Source: Bdellovibrionota bacterium (GTDB taxonomy: Bacteria; Bdellovibrionota_C; UBA2361; JBGSMV01). Taken from it: 64,000 nucleotides of DNA. Every line of letters begins with the position of its first letter. The first letter of the stretch is position 1. The notes beneath the pieces were generated by a model. The model saw only the letters and a program-made list of their open reading frames with translations, did not search any database and had not been told where the DNA came from. The position numbers and the translations under genes are program-made. Positions 21,154 through 31,583 of this stretch are shown piece after piece. The stretch is taken from assembly GCA_041739995.1 (NCBI GenBank), contig JBGSMV010000041.1:1-64000 (forward strand), in the 5' to 3' direction.

Positions 21154-21355
21154 AAGATTGGTGAAAAATCACCGCGGCGGAACTTCTTTACGCGGGAGTC
21201 CAATAACTTGCTGTTCTCACTTAAGAACTTCAAAATTGCCGTCTGCTCCCTCAACAAAACATCCGTTGGCAATACTTACTTGGGGGCATGTTTCATGCGT
21301 CTAGGTTTGGTAGGCTCTCTTGAATTGAAACGCTATTCTCTTAGGCTCAAGTCCC

Positions 21356-22012
21356 ATGAACATGATGTACGAGCAGGCCCCTATATATAGTCATGCACCA
21401 AAGCTACCGCCCCAGTGGGGTCTCCGTTGCTTGCACTACTCGTTCGCGCTTTGTGCCTCGCTATTCGTAGTTGCTTTGCTTCACACGGGCGCCTCCGCAG
21501 AAACTGAGGACGACAAAAAGCCTTCACAAAAGGATAGTGCACAGAGCAGGATTGGATTTTTACACACTCCACCCAAGCCAGAATCTCTCCCCTACCCTGG
21601 GCAGCCCATGACTATCTCAGCCGGGCTCACTCACACCCGGGAGACAAAATTCCCGATGCGCATCGTGCTATCCCGTGATGGACGATTCATGGAGCTACCC
21701 TCGAAAGAGGCCTACCTCGATAAATACGATCGACCGATCTATGAGGTCTCACTACCAGCCCCAATTGCAGAAGTGACTTACCAGATGTTCGTCGTCGCAG
21801 GAGAAGATCAGGTGATGGCCTCGCCTCGATATACTGTCCGCAGAAATTGCATCCCGCAAATTGCCCTCGCGACCGGAGAGGTGCCTGCACAAGTTCAGGG
21901 AACCGAACGCCTTCAAAAGTTGATCCAAGAATCCCGCGCTCTAGAGAATGACCTTAAAGGTTATGAATTCTCTCTAGAGCTGCTCGAGGAACTAATTAAG
22001 GTCATTGGATAA
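21356..22012 (+). CDS. Hypothetical exported protein
   Basis: Hydrophobic signal-like segment, HTPP-starting beta-rich domain, C-terminal coiled coil; TAATG coupling to the next gene. Confidence 0.7.
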   Translation: MNMMYEQAPIYSHAPKLPPQWGLRCLHYSFALCASLFVVALLHTGASAETEDDKKPSQKDSAQSRIGFLHTPPKPESLPYPGQPMTISAGLTHTRETKFPMRIVLSRDGRFMELPSKEAYLDKYDRPIYEVSLPAPIAEVTYQMFVVAGEDQVMASPRYTVRRNCIPQIALATGEVPAQVQGTERLQKLIQESRALENDLKGYEFSLELLEELIKVIG

Positions 22013-22779
22013 TGATATACTCATCGTACTTACAGAAACTCGCGCTTCTGTTCATTGTCAGCGTATTCTGCTGGCACACCCTTGCTGCTTCCACTCGTGC
22101 CCACGCTCAGGACCAAGACGCCACCAGTGACGGCGACAGTGGTAGCTCGCCGTCACGCTTTATAGAAGTGGTGGTTCTCAGTTCCTTTGATCCAGAAAAA
22201 GCTGTCGGAATATTGTTCTCAGAACGCGGAACGGTTCAACAACCTGTTCCGAAACCGAAACGCATCGACGAGTCGTTTGTCGTCGTTCGAGTACCCTACA
22301 AAGAAGACCTTCCGCGCGACACCATGGTCACCGCTGTTTTGTATGCTGCTGATGGTCGCACCGCCATGGGAAGCGTTCGTCCTGTCTTTAGCCCAGACTC
22401 GCGAGAAGCCTTTCTTTCAATACCAGACTGCGCACCAGAGTCACTGCCCAATGCGCCTCTTCAAACCCAACTAAGCATGCTTGAATCACTCGTTCAGCTC
22501 CGATCACAAAGACGCGGCATCGCTCAGGTTAAGGTCGCTCAACAAATGTCCGATGCGGTGGTTTCTCAGCTTCGCAAGCTCGAAAGAGGTTTTGGGTTAC
22601 GCTACGAATCTGAACTGAGCGCAGACCTGCCGCCGATCGAACTGATCGATCGATTAAACCGCATTCTCAGCGCCATCCGATCGGTACGGGGAAGTGACTC
22701 CCGCCCAAAATCACCCACAAACACACAGGGTCAAGGCTCTGCGAGGCGCGGATCCCCCGGGCGCAGCGTCACCAATTAA
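22012..22779 (+). CDS. Hypothetical exported protein
   Basis: Signal peptide (AHA-Q), beta-rich domain, helical C-terminus. Confidence 0.7.
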   Translation: MIYSSYLQKLALLFIVSVFCWHTLAASTRAHAQDQDATSDGDSGSSPSRFIEVVVLSSFDPEKAVGILFSERGTVQQPVPKPKRIDESFVVVRVPYKEDLPRDTMVTAVLYAADGRTAMGSVRPVFSPDSREAFLSIPDCAPESLPNAPLQTQLSMLESLVQLRSQRRGIAQVKVAQQMSDAVVSQLRKLERGFGLRYESELSADLPPIELIDRLNRILSAIRSVRGSDSRPKSPTNTQGQGSARRGSPGRSVTN

Positions 22780-22813
22780 GCAGTGTTACCAAGTAAGCAG
22801 TGGAACTAAGTAA
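22763..22813. repeat. 3 x 17-bp tandem repeat containing the gene's stop codon
   Basis: gcagcgtcaccaattaa / gcagtgttaccaagtaa / gcagtggaactaagtaa. Confidence 0.8.
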
Positions 22814-22873
22814 ACGGAGGTGCTTGCGCCATCGCATTGAGACCGAAGCCTCGGCGCAAGTCTCCTAAATGAG

Positions 22874-22987
22874 GAGTTCATTTCAGGTTCTTTCTCGCTG
22901 AGCTCGTTGTGTAATTCTTAAATATTTACAAAGAGACCAGCGAGCACGGCGAGAATTGCTCATCGAACTCTTAGCTTAGAACACCAG
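22874..22987. repeat. Dispersed palindromic (REPIN/MITE-like) element, copy 1
   Basis: TTCTCGCTGAGCTCGTTG...CAGCGAGCACGGCGAGAA arms; similar to 50116-50241. Confidence 0.8.
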
Positions 22988-23059
22988 GACACTGGTCCTA
23001 GGATTTCGAGTGATCGCAGTGAAATTCTGGAAACCTCAGAGAAATAGCGTAAATTTAAA

Positions 23060-24043
23060 ATGAGCACCGCCACCCCATCAACTATTGAGTTTGCCCCAGA
23101 TAGAGTTCAGTCGGCACTTACCTCTACTTTTAGAGAACTAGTCTTTCTTACCCCAAGCACTACTCCCGCAACACTTTTTGACGCGCTTCGAAATCACTTC
23201 CCGCATCTCGACCCACACACGTGGGGACCACGCATTTGTGAAGGCGGATTGTATCTGAACGGTGTCTGCGTCCGCGAAGACTGCCAACTCCCTGTCCCGT
23301 GTCGCATCGAATACTTTGAGGTCAAAAGCGGCGTCGATCTCGTTTGGGCCGACGTGACCAATAATACTTCTCGCTTCGTGGTGTTTGAAGACGAGGAACT
23401 TCTGGTGTTTTTTAAACCAGCCGGATTGCCGTCAATGCCGACACGTGAACAACGCACGCGCAATTTGAAAACGCTGCTTGAACGCTACGTCCAGAGCAAG
23501 GACCCTGCCTGCGCTCTACATATGCCCTCACGAATCGACACCTCAGTGTGCGGCCTAGTGCTCGCCAGCAAACGTCCGTCGATGCATAAAGCCTTACAGC
23601 GAATTTTCGAGCGAAGAGAAATACAAAAAACCTATTTGCTCGGAACACATGCCCAAGTCGATTGGCAGGAGCTAGAGGCAACCGGACGCATCGACCGAGA
23701 TCCGCGCCACCCGATTCTTCGGCGCGTGGTTACCAATGGAGGGAAATCCGCCCATACTGTCTTCTCTCTCCTTTCTCAGAATGACCGCGGCTCTCTGATA
23801 GCCGCACGCCTCATCACCGGAAGGACTCACCAGATACGAGTGCATGCAGCAAGTTACGGCTTTCCTATTCGTGGCGACAATTTCTATTCTGGAGCAGAAG
23901 GGCAAAGCTTGGAGTTGATGAGTACACGCCTCCAATTTCGCCACCCCCATACGCATCAGGAAGTGTTAGTGGTAACTCCCCCAGCGCTGATGCCGGTATG
24001 GCTCCCGGAAAAGGCACTCGCACTTCTGCCTGAGCTCGCATGA
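23060..24043 (+). CDS. RluA-family RNA pseudouridine synthase
   Basis: KPAGLP, SRIDTSVCGLVL (catalytic D), TGRTHQIRVH, GFPIRGDNFY. Confidence 0.92.
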   Translation: MSTATPSTIEFAPDRVQSALTSTFRELVFLTPSTTPATLFDALRNHFPHLDPHTWGPRICEGGLYLNGVCVREDCQLPVPCRIEYFEVKSGVDLVWADVTNNTSRFVVFEDEELLVFFKPAGLPSMPTREQRTRNLKTLLERYVQSKDPACALHMPSRIDTSVCGLVLASKRPSMHKALQRIFERREIQKTYLLGTHAQVDWQELEATGRIDRDPRHPILRRVVTNGGKSAHTVFSLLSQNDRGSLIAARLITGRTHQIRVHAASYGFPIRGDNFYSGAEGQSLELMSTRLQFRHPHTHQEVLVVTPPALMPVWLPEKALALLPELA

Positions 24044-24233
24044 TGAAGCCTTAAAATCAAAGCAGCAGGCTCATAAGACGCGCGAGAGCACTATCCTAAA
24101 GGATTTTCCCCCAACTGCTTTCGCTCTGAGTACTTGACTGATAAGCATATGAGAACGCTCCACAATTTGTCCGTGAATAACTCGTCTAGGGGCGTTATAC
24201 TGACTTCTCGAATTCTAACGGTCCTCATCTCAT

Positions 24234-25637
24234 ATGTGCTCAGTATCTCAAAAATCGGAGTCTCCAAGAATTGTGGCTCATTGCCGCCGCGCTCAGCGCG
24301 TGGCGCTCCATACCGTACTGTTCTGGTCCTTTGCCCTATTCTTAACCGGGGTCCTATCAACTCCCCCGCTAAGTGCGGAAGAAGAGACCAGTCCTGACAT
24401 CTCCCTTATCGGCGGAGGGCTCACCAGCGATCTCCCGGGACGCTTTGCCCTGCAACTTCCCGGGCCAAGCGTCGCGGAAGGCTTGCGGCGCAATTCTTTT
24501 CTCGCTGGGTTTCCCGTGTTTCACAGAGCTTTTTCTCGTCGTGATGGCTTGGGACCACACTTCGTCAACCGTTCCTGTAGTGGCTGTCACGTTGAGAATG
24601 GTCGAGGTCCGATTGGATTTAACAAATCTCCGCTGAGAGAGAGCACCATGGTGGTGCGCGTGAGCATGCGCCGCAACAATTCTGACGGCACCCAACGAGT
24701 AGTCCCCGGAGTAGGCTTCCAACTTCTTGACCATGATATTTCAGGCAGAACTAGGCATAATTTACAGTTGCGCTGGCGCACTGTCCGCGGACGCTATCCT
24801 GATGGCACTCGATACGTGCTTCGACGTCCAAAACTCACCTTTACTGTGCGCCGCGTAAATACTCGCCGCATTGCTCACTCGCTGCGTATGACACCGGCAG
24901 TAATTGGAACTGGATTGCTCGACTCAATTCCCGAAGAAACTCTTCAGAGCTGGCAAGACCCTGAGGATCGTGATGGCGATGGAATCTCAGGTCGAATAAA
25001 CATAGTTCCCGATCACCGCACCAACGCTGATGCGAGTGGGCGCTTCGGCTTTAAGGCCAGCCAACCAACAGTCGAACAACAGTCACTCGCCGCACTTTTT
25101 TTTGATATGGGGGTTTCTAACTCTCTCTTCGGCGACAGAAAACGAGGCTCTGAATTTCCAGAAGATCAATTGCTGCTCCCGTTGGTATTCTATCAACGCC
25201 TCGCTGGAGTTCCCGCTCCCAGTGACCAAACCGCGCCGGGGGTTGCCGAAGGATTTTCTCTCTTCCAGCAGATTGGCTGCACCGCTTGTCACAAAATCAA
25301 CGTCTCAACTGGCGCGAACGCTGACCCAGAGCTTTCAAATCAGATCTTCCACCCCTTTACCGATGTGTTGTTGCACAATATGGGAAGGGGACTTGCCGAC
25401 AATCGACGAGAATTCTCAGCCGCAGGGCGAGAATGGCGCACTAGCGCACTGTGGGGACTTGGCTTCTCTAAAAGCCTTTCGAAAGTGCGCGCACGATTTC
25501 TTCATGATGGGCGCGCGCGCAGCATTGAGGAGGCTATTCTATGGCACGGCGGTGAAGCCTTAGCATCTGCGACACGCTTCAAAGAGCTACACAGGGACCA
25601 AAGAGCCGCAGTGCTTGCGTTCCTCGGTTCGCTTTAA
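24234..25637 (+). CDS. Di-heme oxidoreductase (DHOR/thiol oxidoreductase) family protein
   Basis: DGLGP...SCSGCH, DPEDRDGDGISGR, GRFGFKA, GCTACH, TDVLLHNMG, EWRT..LWG, FLHDGRARSIEEAILWHGGEA. Confidence 0.92.
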   Translation: MCSVSQKSESPRIVAHCRRAQRVALHTVLFWSFALFLTGVLSTPPLSAEEETSPDISLIGGGLTSDLPGRFALQLPGPSVAEGLRRNSFLAGFPVFHRAFSRRDGLGPHFVNRSCSGCHVENGRGPIGFNKSPLRESTMVVRVSMRRNNSDGTQRVVPGVGFQLLDHDISGRTRHNLQLRWRTVRGRYPDGTRYVLRRPKLTFTVRRVNTRRIAHSLRMTPAVIGTGLLDSIPEETLQSWQDPEDRDGDGISGRINIVPDHRTNADASGRFGFKASQPTVEQQSLAALFFDMGVSNSLFGDRKRGSEFPEDQLLLPLVFYQRLAGVPAPSDQTAPGVAEGFSLFQQIGCTACHKINVSTGANADPELSNQIFHPFTDVLLHNMGRGLADNRREFSAAGREWRTSALWGLGFSKSLSKVRARFLHDGRARSIEEAILWHGGEALASATRFKELHRDQRAAVLAFLGSL

Positions 25638-25853
25638 GGTCAGAAAGTGCCAAACACTTCCCGCTGCTTGCTGGTCGTCAAAGAACCGCTGAAAACCGCA
25701 TATTCCTTTCTTCGTGCGCTTGGTGGTCTTCATGGTTCAATCAAATTTGGGTAAATTTCTGGCGTTTATTTTGCACCGCCAAGAACACCAAGCCCACGAA
25801 GATTTAGTCTTTCAGAGGTTGCCTAAGTATCCTTTGGAGGGCTGTGAGCATGC

Positions 25854-26465
25854 TCACAAGCGCGAAACAGCTTCCACCCACATAAGCTCGCCTGCCGTAC
25901 GCCCTTCGTCATTGCGCACCACCGAAGTCGTCCAACGCCAGGCGTCAGTGGCGCTGACATCCACTAGATAACCTTTAAGCTCTACAACATCGCCCGGTAG
26001 AATTCCTAACAGATCCCGCCCCACGCTCTCATTGGCGGGAATAAGATGAGTGTTCGCCATCCCTTCATTAATCTCGCTTGCAGCAACTGCTAACGGCTCT
26101 TTTAGTCGCCAACGAAAATACCTGTCAGAGAGTGAGGTAGAAATCGAGTCTTGTACTCGCTGGTCCGAAGCCGCTCCCCAAGCCAGAAGCATGTCCATCG
26201 AACTAACTTCCGCCTCACGCCCAAGCCAATACGAGCGAACACGAACGACCCGTGCACGCACTGAGTAGTTCGCGACCGCAGTAATGCGAAATTCATCCTT
26301 TACCCAGTGCTCTTGGCGCTCGAGCGTCGTTTGCTTCGGAGCCTCAGTGACCAGAATTCCCGGAGGGTGTCGCTTTTCAAGCGACCCTACCAGTCCCCTC
26401 GGAGCAGCAAGCAACGCGAGTATGATCAGACAAAGCAAAAGTGTGAGGAGGGAGTTGCGTCGCAC
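25854..26465 (-). CDS. Conserved hypothetical membrane-anchored protein (probable GTG start 26465)
   Basis: N-terminal TM, then MDMLLAWG..SD, ANTHLIPA, GDVVELKGYLVDV, W.TS..R.D.G motifs. Confidence 0.7.
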   Translation of the reverse strand: MRRNSLLTLLLCLIILALLAAPRGLVGSLEKRHPPGILVTEAPKQTTLERQEHWVKDEFRITAVANYSVRARVVRVRSYWLGREAEVSSMDMLLAWGAASDQRVQDSISTSLSDRYFRWRLKEPLAVAASEINEGMANTHLIPANESVGRDLLGILPGDVVELKGYLVDVSATDAWRWTTSVVRNDEGRTAGELMWVEAVSRL

Positions 26466-26897
26466 GAATAAATACTCGTCAAAAGCACCTGCAAAGTTAA
26501 GGCTTTGTGGCGAAATTGATATTAATAACTCACTTCCCTTCAATGAAATTTTCGTCGCACTTGCCCCAACACTGTCGGCCCCAACGAACCCCAAACGCAC
26601 CACTTCGCGGGGATCGTTCCTCAGACCGATGCGCCTCGGATCCAATGCTTAGCAGCTAGGCATGCCGTTACCGCCATTCACGCTGCGTCATTTCATGAGC
26701 AAATCCCTAGGAGAATGCCCCAACGAGTCGGCAACACAGTGAACATTCAGGAAAACTGGGATTTGACCGCCGCCTCTAATTTCGTGTCTAATCAACCCCT
26801 TAGTAGATTAGTGGTTGCGGCACAGGGAGGGCTGTCTTTTTCTCGGACTTCCATCTTTGCCGTTCTTTACTGCCTTCTTTTTCTGGGATCTGAAGCT

Positions 26898-28301
26898 ATG
26901 AGCACACAGTCACGCGATTTAGTTGTCCTTGGGTCTGGTCCAGGCGGATATGTAGCAGCGATCCGAGCCTCTCAGCTCGGAAGAAAAGTCACCATTGTTG
27001 AACGCGAGGCCCTCGGTGGCGTGTGTTTGAACTGGGGCTGCATACCCTCGAAAGCCCTCCTTCGTGCGGCCCAGCTCTATACCGACATATCGCACGCCAA
27101 AGAGTTCGGATTCGAGCTTCCTGCGCCCAAGGTCGACTTCAATCGTATCATCCAGCGCTCACGCGACATTGCGGGCAAGCTCTCTGGCGGCGTGAGCTTT
27201 CTGATGAAGAAGAATAAGGTCGAAATAATGCAGGGGGCCGGCTCCCTCGAGCGCGGCAACAAACTCAACGTCGTTGACGCTTCGGGAAAAACCACCCAAG
27301 TAGAGTTTCGCGATGTTATCATCGCCACTGGTGCCCGAGCGAGAAATATTCCAGGCGTTGAGGTGGATGGAGAAGTAATTCACACCTACCGCACCATGCT
27401 CGACCACCGACAGATGCCAAAGAAAATGCTGGTAGTTGGTGCGGGCGCCATTGGCGTGGAATTCGCCTACTTCTTTCGGTCCCTAGGTGCTGAAGTCACC
27501 CTGTGCGAAATGCTTCCCACTATCTTGCCCGTAGAAGACTTCGAAGTTTCAGAAGCGCTTAAAAAGATTTTCGACAAGCACGGAATGGTGATTCGCGCCA
27601 ATTGCGCAGTCAGCGATTTGAAGCGCACTGGCAAAACAGTCAGTGCCTCGATCAAATCCAAAGACGGCTCAATCAATGAACAGTGGAGCGGCGACGCTTG
27701 TTTGATAGCAATCGGCGTCGTGGGCAACGTGGAGAACATCGGCCTTGAAAAAGCCGGTATCAAGATGGAGAAGGGCTGGATTGATGTGAACGAATGGATG
27801 CAGACCAATGTTCCTCATCACTATGCAATTGGTGATGTTGCCGGCGGCCCATGGCTCGCACATGTGGCGAGCCACGAAGGAATTATCGCCGCGGAGCACG
27901 CTTCTGACAAAGGCAAGCACCCGATGAAGTACGACAACATTCCTGGATGCACCTACTGCCAGCCACAAGTCGCCTCAATCGGACTCACCGAGCAAGCCTG
28001 CAAAGAGAAGGGGCTTAAGTACAAAGTCGGAAAGATCCCATTCTCGGCGATTGGAAAGGCTATCGCCATTGGCGAAACAGACGGCTTCATCAAGACAATC
28101 ATCGATGCCGATGTCGGCGAAGTGCTTGGGGTTCACATCCTTCACAGCGAAGCGACCGAGCTCATTAGTGAAGCCGCTATCATTCGCTCGCACGAGGGAG
28201 TGGCTGCAAGCGTAGTCGACACAATCCATCCACACCCAACTCTTTCAGAGTCGATGATGGAAGCGATGGCGATGGCGATGGGACGTCCTATAAACTTTTA
28301 G
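26898..28301 (+). CDS. lpdA: Dihydrolipoyl dehydrogenase (E3)
   Basis: GSGPGGYVAAIRA, GGVCLNWGCIPSK, GAGAIGVE, AIGDV, HPHPTLSE. Confidence 0.98.
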   Translation: MSTQSRDLVVLGSGPGGYVAAIRASQLGRKVTIVEREALGGVCLNWGCIPSKALLRAAQLYTDISHAKEFGFELPAPKVDFNRIIQRSRDIAGKLSGGVSFLMKKNKVEIMQGAGSLERGNKLNVVDASGKTTQVEFRDVIIATGARARNIPGVEVDGEVIHTYRTMLDHRQMPKKMLVVGAGAIGVEFAYFFRSLGAEVTLCEMLPTILPVEDFEVSEALKKIFDKHGMVIRANCAVSDLKRTGKTVSASIKSKDGSINEQWSGDACLIAIGVVGNVENIGLEKAGIKMEKGWIDVNEWMQTNVPHHYAIGDVAGGPWLAHVASHEGIIAAEHASDKGKHPMKYDNIPGCTYCQPQVASIGLTEQACKEKGLKYKVGKIPFSAIGKAIAIGETDGFIKTIIDADVGEVLGVHILHSEATELISEAAIIRSHEGVAASVVDTIHPHPTLSESMMEAMAMAMGRPINF

Positions 28302-28310
28302 TGTCGCCTC

Positions 28311-29060
28311 ATGGCTTCATCAGTGAAAGTGGTCCCATTGATGCCGGTGCCGTCGGTCGAGGGGTCGCAAATGTTCGTGAGAAACCTCGGCCGGCGACCG
28401 TACGCAGAGGTCTGGGAGCTCCAACGCGAAACACAGCAAGCGCTTATCGCGAGGCGCGGACCTGAGACCCTGCTCGTTTGCGAGCATCCGCCAACCATAA
28501 CGTTAGGAAAATCTTCTAAGGCAGAACACGTTCTTGCCTCCCCGGAGACTCTCTCTAAGAACCGCATCGAAGTGTTCAACGTCGAACGCGGGGGCGATGT
28601 CACCTACCATGGTCCCGGCCAGGTGGTTGTCTATCCAATCGTCGATCTACGCCTACGAAAGCGTGATGTCGACTGGTACATGCGACTACTAGAACAAGCC
28701 GCGATTGAAACTCTGGCCACGTTCGGGGTGGTAGGCACTCGCATTAAGGGGAAAACGGGCGTCTGGGTTCTCGATCCCGATGGCTTCTCCCCGCGAAAAA
28801 TCGCCTCACTTGGGGTGAGAATTTCCAGATGGTGCACGATGCACGGACTGGCTCTCAACCTCGGGTCGGTCCCAGGGGAAATCAGCCTCGAAGAGGGCTT
28901 TTCCTATATCAACCCCTGCGGCCTCGGAGATGTGCAGATAACTTCGCTCTGCGCCGAGACTCCCGCGTCGACCGTAGCCCCAGAGGCACTCCTTGAGCCG
29001 GTAGCTGAGGCGCTCGCACAGTCACTTATCGGCCTGCTTGAAATCACCCCATTACCCTGA
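28311..29060 (+). CDS. lipB: Lipoyl(octanoyl) transferase
   Basis: EHPPTITLG, RGGDVTYHGPGQ, KIASLG, HGLALN, INPCG. Confidence 0.96.
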   Translation: MASSVKVVPLMPVPSVEGSQMFVRNLGRRPYAEVWELQRETQQALIARRGPETLLVCEHPPTITLGKSSKAEHVLASPETLSKNRIEVFNVERGGDVTYHGPGQVVVYPIVDLRLRKRDVDWYMRLLEQAAIETLATFGVVGTRIKGKTGVWVLDPDGFSPRKIASLGVRISRWCTMHGLALNLGSVPGEISLEEGFSYINPCGLGDVQITSLCAETPASTVAPEALLEPVAEALAQSLIGLLEITPLP

Positions 29061-29263
29061 ACTAACTCAGCAAAACGTACTGCTGGGCTTCAATTTTTAT
29101 GCCCCGCACGCTATGGTCTATAAGGGTTAAACAGGTAGCTCCTCGGACTAGGCTGTTTTGGCGTAGCATGAAGCGCCTCGTGTCCCCTTGTTGGCGCGAT
29201 GCCCCCTTTCAGCCCTTATGGATGATGGGCATTTAGTTAGAGTTCAATCAGAGAGAAAGCAGT

Positions 29264-31513
29264 ATGACTCAGTCTCCTCAGTCTAGATCCTCGGCTCCTC
29301 AGTCTAGATCCTCGGCAACCTCTTCGAGAATGAAATCGCCCAGCACAAAATCTCCCATTGGAAGCTCGAAAACCTCTTCAACCCTCAGCTCAAGTGCAAA
29401 GAAACAGGTCGCGTCAAAGGCCTCAGCCCAAGACTCGAGCAAAGGTCAGCCCACCGAGACCAACGGCTACTCCCCCGCTAAGACTTTTAGTTCTATGAGC
29501 GGCGGCGCCCTGCCGGTCGCCAGCGCTCAAGACCTGCTGTCAGCCTATCGCGACATGATTCGCGCGCGCTTGAACGACGAGAAAACAATAGTTCTCTACA
29601 AGCAAAATAAGTGTCACTTCCAAATCGGGGTAGCCGGCCACGAAGCAGTCCAGGTTGCGGCCGCACGTGCTTTTCGCCCCGGTAAAGACTGGTTTTATCC
29701 TTACTACCGCGACATGGCGCTTTGCGCCGCGCTCGGCATGACGGATCAGGAGTTCATGCTTAACGCCATGAACCGCGAGGCCGATCCGAATTCTCATGGC
29801 CGTCAGATGCCGATGCATTACGGACATAAGAACCTGCGCATCGTAAACCAGAGCTCCCCTACCGGAACTCAGTTCCTCCAAGCCGTGGGCATCGCACTCG
29901 GGGCTAAACGCCTTGGAAGAGACGAAGTAGTGTACGTCTCCGCGGGCGAAGGTACTTGTTCACAAGGCGACTTCCATGAAGCCCTCAACTGGGCGGCAAG
30001 AGAGAAGCTCCCTGTCATATTTCTGATTCAGCACAACGATTACGCTATCTCAGTGCATGTCTCTGAACAGCTTGCGGGCGGAAGCATCGTGCCGATGGCG
30101 CGCGGATACCAGAACCTGGATGCGCATGAGGTGGACGGCACCGACTATGAAGCCTGCTACTCGCTCCTCCAGAACGCTCACGCACGAGCACTAAGGGGCG
30201 ATGGACCAACGGTAGTGGAAGCTCATGTCCCACGACTACAAAGCCACTCGATCTCAGATAACCACCTCAAATATCGGTCACAAGAAGACCTCGATCGCGA
30301 AAAGACCCGCTGTCCGGTAGTAAGGATGCGAAAGCTGCTTATCGATCGAAAAATCGCTTCTGCTGATGAATTAGCCAAGATAGACGCGGAGCTGAAGTCG
30401 GCCATCGACCAGGCGGCTGAGTGGGCAGAAGCTCAGCCAGAGCCCACCGCAGAATCTGGCCTACTCTACAATGTACAAGACGAAACGCCTTGGAGCGGCA
30501 TTGTTGAAGCGCCTGCCACTGGCGAAGAAGTCTACCTAGTAGATGCCATCAATCACGGCCTCGACGAAGAGCTGGCGCGAGACCCGAATGTGATGATTTT
30601 CGGGCAAGACGTGGCTCACGGAAAAGGCGGAGTGTTTACCGTTACGGCGGGCCTCACCGCGAAGCACGGCAAGGGCCGCGTCTTTAATAGCCCACTAGCT
30701 GAAAGCTCTATCATTGGAGTGTCAGTAGGCCTCGCCACCATGGGGCTAAAACCTGTCGCTGAAATTCAGTTTGGTGACTACGTGTGGACCGGCATGATGC
30801 AGCTCCGCAACGAACTGGCCATGATGTATTACCGATCAGGCGGAGATTTTACCTGCCCCGCCGTGATTCGAATCGCAGTCGGCGGCTACATTCACGGGGG
30901 CTGCTACCATTCCCAGAATATCGAAGCGACATTCGCCCACTTCCCTGGTCTCTACGTGGTCTATCCATCGAACGCGACTGACGCGAAGGGCCTTCTCAAA
31001 GCTGCGATTCGCGGCAAAGATCCAGTCCTCTTTCTCGAGCACAAGGGCCTGTACCGTCAAGTGTATGCCAAGGGGCCAGAAGGCGACGCTGATTTCTTGA
31101 CCCCAATTGGTAAAGCCAAGGTGGTGAAGACTGGCAACGATCTGACTATCGTCACATGGGGCGCTCTCGTAAATAAGAGTCTCATCGCCGCGAAAGAGTT
31201 GGAAAAAGAAGGTCATTCTGTCGAAGTAATTGACCTGCGCACAATCGTGCCGCTCGACATGGAATGCATCACGGAGAGCGTTCGAAAGACTGGTAGAGTG
31301 CTAATCGCTCACGAAGACACTCAGTTCATGGGCTTTGGCGCCGAGATTGCCGCACAGATTTCGGATGAATGCTTTCGTTCACTAGATGCCCCGGTGAGAC
31401 GCCTCGGAATGAAGAGTGTGGCCGCGGTGGCCCATTCAGGCCCGATTGAGAACTTTGTACTTCCTCAGAATGAAGATGTGCGTCAGGCTGCACAGGCACT
31501 GCTTTCATTCTAG
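29264..31513 (+). CDS. 2-oxoacid (probably branched-chain) dehydrogenase E1, fused alpha+beta
   Basis: GHEA, PYYRD, GRQMPMH, GEG...GDFHEALNWA (TPP binding), HSISD; beta part GQDV..GGVF, PLAESSI, EIQFGDY, HSQ, FLEHK. Confidence 0.95.
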   Translation: MTQSPQSRSSAPQSRSSATSSRMKSPSTKSPIGSSKTSSTLSSSAKKQVASKASAQDSSKGQPTETNGYSPAKTFSSMSGGALPVASAQDLLSAYRDMIRARLNDEKTIVLYKQNKCHFQIGVAGHEAVQVAAARAFRPGKDWFYPYYRDMALCAALGMTDQEFMLNAMNREADPNSHGRQMPMHYGHKNLRIVNQSSPTGTQFLQAVGIALGAKRLGRDEVVYVSAGEGTCSQGDFHEALNWAAREKLPVIFLIQHNDYAISVHVSEQLAGGSIVPMARGYQNLDAHEVDGTDYEACYSLLQNAHARALRGDGPTVVEAHVPRLQSHSISDNHLKYRSQEDLDREKTRCPVVRMRKLLIDRKIASADELAKIDAELKSAIDQAAEWAEAQPEPTAESGLLYNVQDETPWSGIVEAPATGEEVYLVDAINHGLDEELARDPNVMIFGQDVAHGKGGVFTVTAGLTAKHGKGRVFNSPLAESSIIGVSVGLATMGLKPVAEIQFGDYVWTGMMQLRNELAMMYYRSGGDFTCPAVIRIAVGGYIHGGCYHSQNIEATFAHFPGLYVVYPSNATDAKGLLKAAIRGKDPVLFLEHKGLYRQVYAKGPEGDADFLTPIGKAKVVKTGNDLTIVTWGALVNKSLIAAKELEKEGHSVEVIDLRTIVPLDMECITESVRKTGRVLIAHEDTQFMGFGAEIAAQISDECFRSLDAPVRRLGMKSVAAVAHSGPIENFVLPQNEDVRQAAQALLSF
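29274..29315. repeat. 2 x 21-bp perfect in-frame duplication in the E1 N-terminal extension
   Basis: ctcctcagtctagatcctcgg twice (PQSRSSA). Confidence 0.9.
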
Positions 31514-31583
31514 GATTGAGATTTGAATTTTGGTGTGTACGCGACGAAAGCAACTGCATGAGCGCCGTATTGGGAGATAAAAG

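Noticed and set aside
26715..26897. N-terminal extension of LpdA in the ORF track; similar cases for obgE (3388), rsmD (32876) and the OMF (41716)
   Set aside because: Homology begins at downstream ATGs; the upstream in-frame starts are probably not used.
29264..31513. E1 alpha-beta fusion as a novelty
   Set aside because: Fused E1 subunits are well known in several bacterial phyla.
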